Below, piece after piece: positions 36,440 to 45,534 of a DNA stretch of 64,000 bases; position 1 is the first letter of the stretch; every line of letters starts with the position of its first letter. The DNA lies in IMG/VR virus record IMGVR_UViG_3300033405_000003; one strand, given 5' to 3'. Source of the DNA: a virus (Duplodnaviria > Caudoviricetes). Under the pieces are notes generated by a model. The model did no database searches, had not been told where the DNA came from, and saw only the letters and a list, made by a program, of their open reading frames with translations. The position numbers and the translations under genes were made by a program.

Positions 36440-36654
36440 AGCTCGACGCCGAGTTCCGGAGGAAGGTCTGGCTCACGCTCTCGGTGATGGGCGGGATCGG
36501 GGCGATGGTGCTCTGGTATTGGATGCACTGGGTGATGGCCGAGGCGCGCGACGAGCACCAGAGAACGTGGCCATGCGCGAGCTTCGCCTCGTACCCGATG
36601 CGCGACGTGCCGCTCCGGTGCCTGCCCGGAGCGGCGAAGGACGGCAGCCCATGA
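36436..36654 (+). CDS. single-TM small protein
   Basis: Hydrophobic helix; VPLRCL. Confidence 0.6.
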   Translation: MKLDAEFRRKVWLTLSVMGGIGAMVLWYWMHWVMAEARDEHQRTWPCASFASYPMRDVPLRCLPGAAKDGSP

Positions 36655-36851
36655 CGACCACCAAAGCCCCGACCGAAGACTCCACGCTCCCCGAGTGGAA
36701 GGACTGGATCCGAGACCACACGGACATGCACTTCGGGACCGTGCAGCTCGACGCGCGGGTCGTTCTCGCGCTCGTCGCCGCGCGCGACTCCTTCAGGGAC
36801 CAGGTCGAGCGCGTCATGAAGTCCTGGGACGAGGAGAGGCAGAGGCTCTGA
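36651..36851 (+). CDS. hypothetical protein
   Basis: Coupled ORF. Confidence 0.55.
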   Translation: MTTTKAPTEDSTLPEWKDWIRDHTDMHFGTVQLDARVVLALVAARDSFRDQVERVMKSWDEERQRL

Positions 36852-37414
36852 TGGCGCTCTGGGAGTGGGCGGACCGCGGGCCGCGGTGGGCGTTCGTTGT
36901 CGATATGGACTCCTACGCCGGCAACTTCGAGCGCGAGCTTTCGAGCTTCGTCGTCGGGCGCTGCGACGAGCACGGCGACCACCGCGGGGGGCCGTACAGG
37001 GAGATGTTCGAGAAGGAGGTCCGCGGCCGTGGCGTCCGCGGGCACTTCGAGAGGGAGGACCCGTTCGAGGACCTCGTCACGACGCGCGTCGACGACCACG
37101 GCGACGACGCGGTCTGCCGCGCGCCGATGGGGCTGGCCCCGACGCCGGGCTACTCGAACGACGGGATGGGCAACGTGAGCAAGCTCAAGCCCGGCAAGGA
37201 GCCGAAGCACGCCGCGTACAACTCGGTCGCCATCTTCCTCTCGCGCAAACCCACGGACGCGGAGCTGCGCACGCTTGTCGAGCGCAGCAAGAGGTTCACG
37301 GCCCTGCCGCCGATCAAACCGTGGGACCATAGGCCGAAGCTCCTCGGGTGCAGGCTCGTCGAGGAGCGCACGGAGATCGTCTCGCACGACCTCATCTTCT
37401 CGGCGGACCGATGA
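36851..37414 (+). CDS. conserved phage protein
   Basis: FVVD.DSYAGNFERE...PTPG.SNDGMG...AYNSVAIF. Confidence 0.7.
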   Translation: MALWEWADRGPRWAFVVDMDSYAGNFERELSSFVVGRCDEHGDHRGGPYREMFEKEVRGRGVRGHFEREDPFEDLVTTRVDDHGDDAVCRAPMGLAPTPGYSNDGMGNVSKLKPGKEPKHAAYNSVAIFLSRKPTDAELRTLVERSKRFTALPPIKPWDHRPKLLGCRLVEERTEIVSHDLIFSADR

Positions 37415-37614
37415 GCGTGAACGCCGATCGCGCGCGCAAGATCCTCGGAGCGATGCAAGCTTTCGCCACGCTCGCGGAGATCCACGAGGTCAAGCTCGTG
37501 GTGCTCGTCAGGGGCGAACCCATGGACGCAGGGTGCACGCCCGCGGAACTCGCAGTGCTCCTCGGGCGGGCGGTCGGAGATCAGGCGGAGGAACCAAGGC
37601 GGCCAAAGCCATGA
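37411..37614 (+). CDS. hypothetical protein
   Basis: Coupled ORF. Confidence 0.5.
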   Translation: MSVNADRARKILGAMQAFATLAEIHEVKLVVLVRGEPMDAGCTPAELAVLLGRAVGDQAEEPRRPKP

Positions 37615-38444
37615 GCACCGCGATCGTGCTCGACGCGTTCGCGTCGCCGCCCAAGGTCGCCGTCGGGCCCGCGAGCACGCCGCTCCCGGCAGCGGAGTTC
37701 CACAAGGCGCTCCGCGAGTGCAACCAGCTCGAGATGCGCCTGTCGCGCGTCCGCGAGCTTCAGCTCTCGTCCTACATGCTCATCTTCGACAAGGCCGCGT
37801 GGCGCTGGCTCTACAGCCTCGCGCGCGGCCGGTTCCAGCGGCAGCTCTGCATGGGGCAGCGCTCGTGGTCCGCGTGGGAGTACACGGGCCGGAAATTCCG
37901 CGTCCGCGGGAAGAAATCCGGCAAGGAGCGCCAGCTCAGCGAGCAGGCTATGAAGATCGACTCGATCGAGACGCTCCTCCGCCGCGCGGGCTACATGGAT
38001 CCCGACAAGCCCGTCGTCCCAGCCAGCGCCCCGGTCCACCACATCACGTCGGACGTCCACGCCTCGTCGAAGAAGCGGATCGTCTCGACGCTCCTCGTCG
38101 GGATCACGGCGAGAGAATGGAAGGAGGCCGAGAGCCTCCCGTGGATCATTGTCGCGAGGGCCAAGGACGCCGTCCGGAGGGACCCCACGGAGGCCGGGCT
38201 CGCGCTCATGCGGGCGCTGCTCAAAGCGGCGCGGCACGCGGCCCTCCTCGACCGGAAATGCTGGCTCGCGCCCCCGCTCGAATGGGTCGTCGAGGTCGAG
38301 AGCAAGCGCTACGTGCGCAGACCGCGACCGAAGCCGCGGAAGTCCGAGAAGAAGGTCGTCGTGCACGCGGAGATGGTGCTGGACGCCGAGGACGATCCCT
38401 TCGCAGACGACGGCGATCCCGATCCCGGGAAGTTCCCGCCATGA
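37611..38444 (+). CDS. basic hypothetical protein
   Basis: Long coupled ORF with codon bias. Confidence 0.65.
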   Translation: MSTAIVLDAFASPPKVAVGPASTPLPAAEFHKALRECNQLEMRLSRVRELQLSSYMLIFDKAAWRWLYSLARGRFQRQLCMGQRSWSAWEYTGRKFRVRGKKSGKERQLSEQAMKIDSIETLLRRAGYMDPDKPVVPASAPVHHITSDVHASSKKRIVSTLLVGITAREWKEAESLPWIIVARAKDAVRRDPTEAGLALMRALLKAARHAALLDRKCWLAPPLEWVVEVESKRYVRRPRPKPRKSEKKVVVHAEMVLDAEDDPFADDGDPDPGKFPP

Positions 38445-38680
38445 CGATGCGGCTCCCCGACCGCGGAGAGAGGGCCGTGTGCCGCCGCTGCGGCATGGTG
38501 ATGGACGACTGCGAGCCGATGGGCGCCGCGGAGTTCTGGCACAAGAGGAAACACGCGGACGGCACGCCGAGCCAGTGCAGGAACGCCGGCAAGCAGTTCT
38601 TCCCCGGCGACGCGGAGATCGAGCCGTTCATGCGCAAGCGCGAGAGGCGCCGGACGAGGCGCCGGAGAGTCGTAGACTAG
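38441..38680 (+). CDS. Cys-rich small protein
   Basis: CRRC...EFWH...C. Confidence 0.6.
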   Translation: MTMRLPDRGERAVCRRCGMVMDDCEPMGAAEFWHKRKHADGTPSQCRNAGKQFFPGDAEIEPFMRKRERRRTRRRRVVD

Positions 38681-38688
38681 GAGGACCC

Positions 38689-39000
38689 ATGGGACAGATC
38701 ACGATGACGACGTGCGACCACTGCGGGAGGAAAGTCGAGAACCCCAACGAGCACCGGGGCTGGATCAGCCTCGGCGGCACCGAGCACATCCTCGAGCGCG
38801 TCCACATCTCGCGCGCGACGGGCGTGTTCGCGCAGGGGCCCGGGGAGTGCTCGGGCTTTGTGTCCGACTACATCGACCGCGCCTCGGACTTCTGCGGCAT
38901 TGCGTGCCTCGTCGCCGCGCTCGACAAGAAAGCGCGCGAGCGCGAGGACAAGAAGTGCGAGGCCGCCAAGAAGAACGAGGAGCAGCGGAGCCGATCATGA
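38689..39000 (+). CDS. Zn-finger protein
   Basis: GGAGG RBS; CDHC...DFCGIAC. Confidence 0.7.
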   Translation: MGQITMTTCDHCGRKVENPNEHRGWISLGGTEHILERVHISRATGVFAQGPGECSGFVSDYIDRASDFCGIACLVAALDKKAREREDKKCEAAKKNEEQRSRS

Positions 39001-39179
39001 CGACGCTGCTCGACGACATCGAAGACGAGTGCAGGGCGCTCGACAAGCTCGCGAAGGCCGCGAAGAAGCACAAGAGCGTGACCCTCAGCCCGGGCGAGGC
39101 CAAGCTGATCCAGAAACACATCGACTGGCTGGCGAGGGAGCGCGAGTCCCTCATCAGCTCGCTGCCCGACGACGACTGA
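38997..39179 (+). CDS. hypothetical protein
   Basis: Coupled ORF. Confidence 0.55.
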   Translation: MTTLLDDIEDECRALDKLAKAAKKHKSVTLSPGEAKLIQKHIDWLARERESLISSLPDDD

Positions 39180-39190
39180 GGGGACCCGCG

Positions 39191-39484
39191 ATGCCGACGT
39201 TCAAGATCGAGATGCGCCTGCACAAGACGGTCACGCTCACGGTGGAGGCCGAGAGCGAGGACGAGGTGAACGACGTGCTCGAGGAGTTGGGCGACGACCT
39301 CGACCCCGAGATGTACTGGAAGGGCGAGACGCTCGAGGACTGGAACCAGGGAAACCCGGTGAGCGTCACGCCCGCCCCCGGAAACCCTGAGGCCGACTAC
39401 GTGATCGGCAAGACGCGCTTCGGGCGCGACTTCGTCGCCAGGCACAAGAGCGAAGTGCTCCCTGGCATGGGCGGGAAGAAATGA
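39191..39484 (+). CDS. hypothetical phage protein
   Basis: TLTVEAESEDE pattern. Confidence 0.65.
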   Translation: MPTFKIEMRLHKTVTLTVEAESEDEVNDVLEELGDDLDPEMYWKGETLEDWNQGNPVSVTPAPGNPEADYVIGKTRFGRDFVARHKSEVLPGMGGKK

Positions 39485-39645
39485 AGCGCTACCCGCGGCG
39501 GTCGCGCGCGAAGCGGCTCCTCCAGCTCGCGCGGCGCATCTCCCAGATCGAGGACGAGATCCGGGCGAAGCGCCTGGAGTTCGAGCGCCTGCTCCGCGAG
39601 CCGGACCCGCAGCTCGCGCTCCCTTTCCCCAGGGGAGCGCGATGA
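39481..39645 (+). CDS. 54-aa coiled-coil peptide with QLALPF near the C-terminus (not in ORF track)
   Basis: ATGA-coupled at both ends. Confidence 0.55.
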   Translation: MKRYPRRSRAKRLLQLARRISQIEDEIRAKRLEFERLLREPDPQLALPFPRGAR

Positions 39646-40163
39646 ACTTCCGCCTCGTCTGCCACGAGTGCGCGTCCAGGCTCCGGACGGAGATCAAGAG
39701 CATCGGGTTCCTCGAGCACCCGGACACGAGGTGCGCGCGGTGCGGGGTCTACATCCGGTCTGGGACGAAGGACCTCGGCCCGGTCGTCCGGTGGTTCCCG
39801 GTCACGGACGAGCAGCTCGCGGAGCTGCGCGCCCAGGAGACGGGGGAGCCCGACGACCGGCTCCACATCGGCTTCGGCCTCGACGAGGGCGAGGAGGACC
39901 TCGGGGCCGCGCAGGACGAGATCTGCAAGGCCAGGATCGTGCGGTGCAAGATCTACGAGTGCGAGCCCGAGCAGACGGGCGGGGCGCACGTCGTCCAGGT
40001 CTACATGAACGACCACACGCCCCGCCCGGTCTTCGCCGGCACCGCGTGGCGCCACGACCGGTTCCCGTCGAACCTAGACGTCGCGATCGCCCTCATGCGG
40101 TGGCGAGGCCCGAGCGCGCCCGAGTTCATCATCGAGCGCCACGAGGGAAAGGGCGATGAATGA
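39642..40163 (+). CDS. Zn-finger hypothetical protein
   Basis: CHEC and CARC. Confidence 0.6.
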   Translation: MNFRLVCHECASRLRTEIKSIGFLEHPDTRCARCGVYIRSGTKDLGPVVRWFPVTDEQLAELRAQETGEPDDRLHIGFGLDEGEEDLGAAQDEICKARIVRCKIYECEPEQTGGAHVVQVYMNDHTPRPVFAGTAWRHDRFPSNLDVAIALMRWRGPSAPEFIIERHEGKGDE

Positions 40164-40443
40164 GCTGCTCTGGAACGCGTGCTTGGGGGCGCTGCTCGAC
40201 AAGGCGAGGAGGATGGGACCGATGAAGCGATTCTGGGCGATCATGGCGACGGCCGCGTTCATCGGGTGCGCGGCGGGCTGGTTCGGGCACGCCTTCTACG
40301 CGAGCGCCGAGGCCGGGAGGCCCTGCCGCGAGGAGGTGATTAGCGTCGACGGCGCTCACGGCGCCGTGTCATGCTCGCACGGAGAGCAGACGGGAGAGCT
40401 GAAGGACGGGTACCTCGTCTGCCGGTGCACCAAGAAGAAGTGA
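40156..40443 (+). CDS. single-TM Cys-rich protein
   Basis: Hydrophobic helix; terminal CRC. Confidence 0.6.
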   Translation: MNELLWNACLGALLDKARRMGPMKRFWAIMATAAFIGCAAGWFGHAFYASAEAGRPCREEVISVDGAHGAVSCSHGEQTGELKDGYLVCRCTKKK

Positions 40444-40450
40444 GGACGGC

Positions 40451-40672
40451 ATGCCGGAATTCGATCTCCACGAGTACCTCGACGCGAACTTCGCGCGTGT
40501 GATCGAGAACGCCAAGAAGCTCACGCCGGGGATGGACGAGGTCCTGCGCGCCGGGACCATCGCGGGCTTCCTCATGAAGACGGGCATCAAGCTCGCGGCG
40601 AAGCACGGCGCGCCGCGCGAGACCGTCGAGCAGTCCCTCCTCGAGACCGTGGCTGAGTTCTACGAGTCTTGA
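40451..40672 (+). CDS. hypothetical protein
   Basis: GAGG RBS. Confidence 0.6.
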   Translation: MPEFDLHEYLDANFARVIENAKKLTPGMDEVLRAGTIAGFLMKTGIKLAAKHGAPRETVEQSLLETVAEFYES

Positions 40673-40681
40673 GGCCTAAGA

Positions 40682-40885
40682 ATGTCGAACAGCTTGACGA
40701 AATTCGAGGACGACGCGCCGCCGGGCGACCACGTCTACCTCTACTGGGACCGCGAGCGCAAAGAGTGGCGCATCTGGTTCGCAGATCCCAATGGGACGGG
40801 CGAGCCCGAGTTCCCCATGTTCAAGAGCGGCGACTACGACCGGTTCGACTACAAGCTCCACCGGTACAGGCTCGTGAGGGAGTGA
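40682..40885 (+). CDS. hypothetical protein
   Basis: Codon bias. Confidence 0.6.
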   Translation: MSNSLTKFEDDAPPGDHVYLYWDRERKEWRIWFADPNGTGEPEFPMFKSGDYDRFDYKLHRYRLVRE

Positions 40886-40892
40886 GCTACGC

Positions 40893-41477
40893 ATGAAGCG
40901 CGAGAAGCGCAAAACGAAGCGTGAGCGCAAGGCGGGAAACACGAAGCCGGGAGGGCTCGCCCCGGCGGATGCGAGCGCACGGACGCTGGACCTCGTCGCC
41001 AGCTCGATGCGGAAAGAGGCCGAGCTGACCCGCAAGAAGGGCGGCGGCCCGCCAGCTTTCCGGGTGGCGAGCGGCTGGAAGTTCGGCCTGTCGCACGGGC
41101 CGGTCCCGACGCCCACCCGCGAGGTGTGGGAGCGCCTCGGCGACTCCGTCATGGACAAGTTCGGGTTCAAGAACAAACCCTCGTCGTACGACGAGTTCCT
41201 CCGGATGCTCGAGGAGGCGAAGGCCCACGGCGCCGACCAGCTCCTCAGCCGCGAGTGGATCTTCTCCGCGTCGCTCCACCCGCGCGGGCGAAGCTCGACG
41301 GAGGCGGACTGGCGCTTCCTCGGGCAGATGGCGTACGCCGTCGGCGCGCCGCCGGACTCCCTCAAGACGCCCTTCGAGACGACGCCCCCGAACGACGTGC
41401 ACTACTGGATCTGGTTCGAGGACCCGCCCATGCCGCTCGGGATGCCGCCGGCCGAGGACCGCCGCGGGCCGAATTGA
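40893..41477 (+). CDS. hypothetical protein
   Basis: GGGAG RBS and codon bias. Confidence 0.65.
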   Translation: MKREKRKTKRERKAGNTKPGGLAPADASARTLDLVASSMRKEAELTRKKGGGPPAFRVASGWKFGLSHGPVPTPTREVWERLGDSVMDKFGFKNKPSSYDEFLRMLEEAKAHGADQLLSREWIFSASLHPRGRSSTEADWRFLGQMAYAVGAPPDSLKTPFETTPPNDVHYWIWFEDPPMPLGMPPAEDRRGPN

Positions 41478-41492
41478 GGTAAGCTCGGCGCG

Positions 41493-41984
41493 ATGGAACA
41501 GCACGAGGGCCCCATGACGCCGGAGCAGCTCGAGGCGTACAGGAAGACGACCGAGGCGATCCGCGAGCGCGGGGCCGCCTTCGAGGACGAGGCCGAAAGG
41601 CTCAAGGCGGAGACCGCGGCGCTCGAAAAGCACAACCGCGAGATGGAGCAGCAGCGCCGCGAGATGGAGGCCCACACGGAGCGCCTGCTCGCGCACGGCG
41701 CCCGTATCAAATATCAACAAGAGATAAATTCGGTCGCCATCAACGTGCTCGTCTCGATACTGACGAAGGACGCGCTCAAATCCATCAAGGAGAGCGAGTT
41801 CTCCGCGGCGCCCAAGCTCGACATCGCGCAGACGGTGGACTTTTCGCTCATGGTGGCCAAGCGCTACATCGACGAGCTGCACAAGATCAACGTGTCGACG
41901 AGGCAGATCGAGGAGTACAAGGATCTCTGCGCGATGCAGCCCGGCGGCCAGCCCATCGTCACGCCGCCGCCCGACGGCGGGTAG
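41493..41984 (+). CDS. coiled-coil hypothetical protein
   Basis: TAAGCT 7 nt upstream. Confidence 0.7.
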   Translation: MEQHEGPMTPEQLEAYRKTTEAIRERGAAFEDEAERLKAETAALEKHNREMEQQRREMEAHTERLLAHGARIKYQQEINSVAINVLVSILTKDALKSIKESEFSAAPKLDIAQTVDFSLMVAKRYIDELHKINVSTRQIEEYKDLCAMQPGGQPIVTPPPDGG

Positions 41985-42031
41985 GTTCTGCGGAAGTTGC
42001 GGGCGCCCCGCGGCCGGGCGATGATGGGCCC

Positions 42032-42286
42032 ATGACGCTACCGAAGGACGCGATGCTCCCGCTGCTCTTCGCGGGCGTGGGGACCGGCTACTTCGCGGTC
42101 ACGGTCCTCAGGAAGCCCGACGTCCCGCGGGACCACCTCCTCGAGCGCGACCTCCAGGCGCTTGCGGCGTGGGAGCGGCACAAGCGGGACGCGACGATCG
42201 GCCTCGTGGCGGGGCTCGCTGCGGCCGGCCTCTTGTGGGCGACGCGCGAGCGTGAGCGGGAAGTGCGGCGCGACAGCTTCGCGTGA
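42032..42286 (+). CDS. small two-TM membrane protein
   Basis: Similar to 16690-16926. Confidence 0.65.
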   Translation: MTLPKDAMLPLLFAGVGTGYFAVTVLRKPDVPRDHLLERDLQALAAWERHKRDATIGLVAGLAAAGLLWATREREREVRRDSFA

Positions 42287-42296
42287 GGAGATCACG

Positions 42297-42569
42297 ATGA
42301 GAGTGGTACAGGACGACCTCTGGCTCTGCGACGACTGCACGATCTACGCGGTCAACGGCGACACGTCGGGCATCCCCGACGAGGACGAGAAGAGGGTCGT
42401 CAAGGGCGTGAACGCGCTCGGACCGCACCTCGTGCCCGACTTTGACTCGGAGACGGGCGAGGGCATGGAGGAGTTCTCGCGTACGACGTGCGACGGTTGC
42501 GGCACGCGCCTCGCCGGCGGCAGGCACCGCTTCGCGATCCTCGGGCCGGAGAAAAAGAGACGCCGTTGA
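42297..42569 (+). CDS. conserved phage Zn-binding protein
   Basis: GAGGAG RBS; CDDC...NGD...FS...CDGCGT.LAG.RH. Confidence 0.75.
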   Translation: MRVVQDDLWLCDDCTIYAVNGDTSGIPDEDEKRVVKGVNALGPHLVPDFDSETGEGMEEFSRTTCDGCGTRLAGGRHRFAILGPEKKRRR

Positions 42570-42608
42570 GGCTGGACTCCCGGCGCGCGAGCAGCTAGTC
42601 GAAGAACG

Positions 42609-42950
42609 ATGGCGGCGCGCGCCGAGGCCCTCGACTTCGTCCACCGCGTGCTCCGGTGCACCGTGCTCAAGGACCTCGAAGTCGCGGCTTTCTGGGCGTC
42701 GCCGGGCGTGGTGCACATCCACGCGAGGCACGCCTACGGCAAGTGGCAAACGGTGACCGTCACGGGGATCGATCGCGGCCTCGCGAGGAGTGAGAACGGC
42801 ACGCCCGTCACGGCCTCGGACGTCGCGATCCGGTTGAGGAACGCGCTCAAGGACAGGCCGCCCGACAGGCGCATCGGGCACGCCTGGAAAGCCGATCGGT
42901 TGAGACGGGCCGAGGCTGCCGCTGTTGATGACAAGGGCGAGCCGAGCTAG
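42609..42950 (+). CDS. hypothetical protein
   Basis: ORF with codon bias. Confidence 0.55.
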   Translation: MAARAEALDFVHRVLRCTVLKDLEVAAFWASPGVVHIHARHAYGKWQTVTVTGIDRGLARSENGTPVTASDVAIRLRNALKDRPPDRRIGHAWKADRLRRAEAAAVDDKGEPS

Positions 42951-42953
42951 GCT
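42925..42953 (+). promoter_or_regulatory. sigma70-like promoter for the tRNA-tmRNA unit
   Basis: TTGATG-N17-TAGGCT, ending 12 nt before the tRNA. Confidence 0.6.
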
Positions 42954-42965
42954 TCCCCTCGTTGA

Positions 42966-43039
42966 TGCGGACGAGTGGCGCGGTTCCATACAAGCCTCAT
43001 AAGCTTGTGAAGGCTCGGTTCGACTCCGGGTGTCCGCAA
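42966..43039 (+). tRNA. tRNA with CAT anticodon (Met or Ile2), atypical D-arm
   Basis: Acceptor (T)GCGGACG/TGTCCGC(A); anticodon arm CAAGC-CTCATAA-GCTTG; T-arm CTCGG-TTCGACT-CCGGG; short D-arm GTGG/CCAT. Confidence 0.8.
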
Positions 43040-43041
43040 CC

Positions 43042-43064
43042 GACGAGGGGATTCTCCCCTCGTC
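43042..43064 (+). other. perfect 10-bp hairpin between tRNA and tmRNA
   Basis: GACGAGGGGA-TTC-TCCCCTCGTC. Confidence 0.75.
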
Positions 43065-43068
43065 CCAC

Positions 43069-43446
43069 GGGCCTGAAATAGATTCGACGGCGAGAGGAGA
43101 TCCTGGTCAGCGTGCAGTGGCGCCCGCCCCACCCAAGCGGGCAACCGTAATTGCGAACGACAACGCAATCGCCCCGGCCGCGCAAGCAGCCTGAGCCGCC
43201 GTGCCGAGTAGGTGTTCCAGTACCTCGGCCGGTGTGAACCCGACGGGAGCTTGGCCACGGGGAGCGCTCGCGACCCATGGCGAGATCAAGCGGGCAGGAG
43301 CGCGCTCTCCCTAAACTGCGCTGGTGGAGGTAGCCGAGGCAACCCGGCATCCCCCTGTGTCGGTGCAGCCGATCATCCGACTACGCACGTAGAAGACTGG
43401 GAACAAGGCTCGGCGGACCCCGGGGCAGTACCGGGCAGGTCCACCA
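43069..43446 (+). ncRNA. ssrA: tmRNA (one-piece), tag (A)ANDNAIAPAAQAA*
   Basis: 5' GGGCCTG-AAATAGATTCGAC and 3' CAGGTCC-A-CCA with a G3-U70 pair; T-arm CCCGG-GGCAGTA-CCGGG; tag ORF at 43153-43194. Confidence 0.93.
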
Positions 43447-43474
43447 TGAAGAAGAGCGGCGGAAAGAGCAGAGC

Positions 43475-43669
43475 ATGAGCGCCGGCCACTGCTACAACCA
43501 GGCCAAGCACCATGAGAGCATGTCGCTCTGGCGCGGCCTGCACGCCGGGATGATCCCCTGCTACCGGGACAAGGCGCGGCACGCGATGTGGCGGTGGGGC
43601 CGGAAGAAGGGGTTACGGCGCGCGCGGCGGAGACTCGACCGCGACTTGTGCAAGTTCCCGGGCGAGTGA
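43475..43669 (+). CDS. small basic protein
   Basis: ORF coupled to the next gene. Confidence 0.5.
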   Translation: MSAGHCYNQAKHHESMSLWRGLHAGMIPCYRDKARHAMWRWGRKKGLRRARRRLDRDLCKFPGE

Positions 43670-44025
43670 TGGGCCCGTACCGGAGAAACACGCGCCGCGA
43701 GCCCGAGCCCGAGCACGAGCACAACGACATGTTCTCGGACCCCATCTCGTGTCCGAACTGCGCGGGGATGCGGCTCCTCGTCGGCATCCCGATCTTGTGC
43801 TTCGCGCTCGTGCAGCTCGGTTGGTGCAAACTCCCGCCCCCGCGCGAGTGTGAGCCGGGCGAGTGCGTGCGGCGCGAGGAAGATCACCTCTTCGCCCACG
43901 GCAACCGCGAGTGCCTCGAGTGGTGCCCGAAGCCGATCGAGGTCCGCCTCTCGCCCGAAGACCGCAAGCTCCTCGCGAATGTGATCGCGGAAGCCATCAA
44001 GGTGCCGCCGGACGCGGGGAGATGA
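43669..44025 (+). CDS. single-TM Cys-rich protein
   Basis: MGPYR start; hydrophobic helix; several Cys. Confidence 0.6.
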   Translation: MGPYRRNTRREPEPEHEHNDMFSDPISCPNCAGMRLLVGIPILCFALVQLGWCKLPPPRECEPGECVRREEDHLFAHGNRECLEWCPKPIEVRLSPEDRKLLANVIAEAIKVPPDAGR

Positions 44026-44085
44026 TCGGGCGCGCGGATTTTCGGCGATGAGGGGTGCCCGGCCGAGATGCGATAGACTGGCCCC

Positions 44086-45534
44086 ATGGCGCGGGGCGCG
44101 GTCCTGAACAGCGCAGCGAGGGGGAGCATCGTGGGCGCGGCCATCGCGCTCGCGCTCGCGCACTCGCGGCGCGAGAAATACGGCATACCCGTCGCGGCGG
44201 GCGCGCTCCTCGGGGCGCTCGGCGGCGCGTGGCTCCACTCGCGCGGCGGCGCAGGCCGGATGCTCGCGGGCTGGGTCCCGCCGCCGCACCCCATCGAGGT
44301 CATGGCGTCGTTCAACCCGAACGCGAGCCCCGCCGCCCAGGCGCGCGCCGTGCTGACGGACTACTACCACGACGACGCCACGCGCTCGTGGGTCGACGAC
44401 GGTGCGGTCAAGAGCGCGTTCGGGGTCAAACAGAAAGAGGACTACGACCCGACGCAGCTCATCGCGGCCTACGAGAACAAGAACGCGCCCGTCTGGAGGA
44501 AGGGCGGCGGTCGCATGACGTGGGCCGAGATGGACAAGGCCGTGCAGGGGGCGATCGGCAGGCGCATGAAGCTCGGGGCCTTGCCGAAGCCGAGCTACGA
44601 CAAGAACCCGATCCGGATCTACTACTACGACCACGACCGGATGAAGATGGTCGAGTACGATCGCGCGAACCTGCAGAACCTGCTCAACCCGAACAACCAC
44701 TACTATTTCCGCGACCCGTCCGTGCACACGTGGGAGACGCAGGACCCGGCGGCGATCGAGCGGGAGAGGAAGGGCCCCGTCAAGGCGGGGGAGCACCCGG
44801 GGTGGGGCGGCGAAGGTTTTAGCTGGGACAAGGACGTCGCGGGCCAGTTCGGGTCGATCCTCCAGTCGACGCTGCAGCTCGTCGGCTTCGCGATGCAGCT
44901 CACCGGCTACGCGGCGGCCGTGGGCTCCGCGCTCTCGCAGGCCTCCCCGTACCTCGGCACGCTCGCCGGGATGGCGGACGACGCGTTCCAGGGCAACGAC
45001 AACAGCAAGGCCGTGGCCGCGATCGCGAAGATGATCCTCACGGTCGCGAACAAGGGGCTCGGCGAGGCCATCGGGACGGAGCTTCCGCCGGTGGCGATGC
45101 AGGCGCTCGGCCAGGGCGTCGACACGCTCGGCCAGCAGATCGCGGCCGGCCAGAAGGAGCACCTCGACTACACGGGGATCTGGACGAACATCCTGAAGAA
45201 GGCGCAGAAGTTCCACAAGATCGGGGACCAGGAAGCCCACGTGATCGAGAAGGTCCTCGGCGAGAACTCCGCGGGCGGGATGTTCATCAAGGGATACCAG
45301 GCGGGCAAGCTCACGGACCTGCCGACGATCGACGCCATCTCGAAGATGTTCAACAACCAGGGCAACGCGAACGTGTGGATGCTCGGCGCCGGGCTCGGGC
45401 AGCTCGCGGTCCGCCAGGGCGCCGCGGCGCCGACGTCGCGCAAGGCAGCGGCTCCGATCCATCGGTCTGCTTCTGCGCACGCGTCGAGCGGCTATTGGGC
45501 CGCGGAAGAATCGTATTTGCCCTGGTGGGGCTGA
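44086..45534 (+). CDS. large membrane-associated protein (possible virion component)
   Basis: N-terminal GxxxG TM hairpin; Ala/Gly-rich helical C-half; TAGACT 6 nt upstream. Confidence 0.75.
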   Translation: MARGAVLNSAARGSIVGAAIALALAHSRREKYGIPVAAGALLGALGGAWLHSRGGAGRMLAGWVPPPHPIEVMASFNPNASPAAQARAVLTDYYHDDATRSWVDDGAVKSAFGVKQKEDYDPTQLIAAYENKNAPVWRKGGGRMTWAEMDKAVQGAIGRRMKLGALPKPSYDKNPIRIYYYDHDRMKMVEYDRANLQNLLNPNNHYYFRDPSVHTWETQDPAAIERERKGPVKAGEHPGWGGEGFSWDKDVAGQFGSILQSTLQLVGFAMQLTGYAAAVGSALSQASPYLGTLAGMADDAFQGNDNSKAVAAIAKMILTVANKGLGEAIGTELPPVAMQALGQGVDTLGQQIAAGQKEHLDYTGIWTNILKKAQKFHKIGDQEAHVIEKVLGENSAGGMFIKGYQAGKLTDLPTIDAISKMFNNQGNANVWMLGAGLGQLAVRQGAAAPTSRKAAAPIHRSASAHASSGYWAAEESYLPWWG

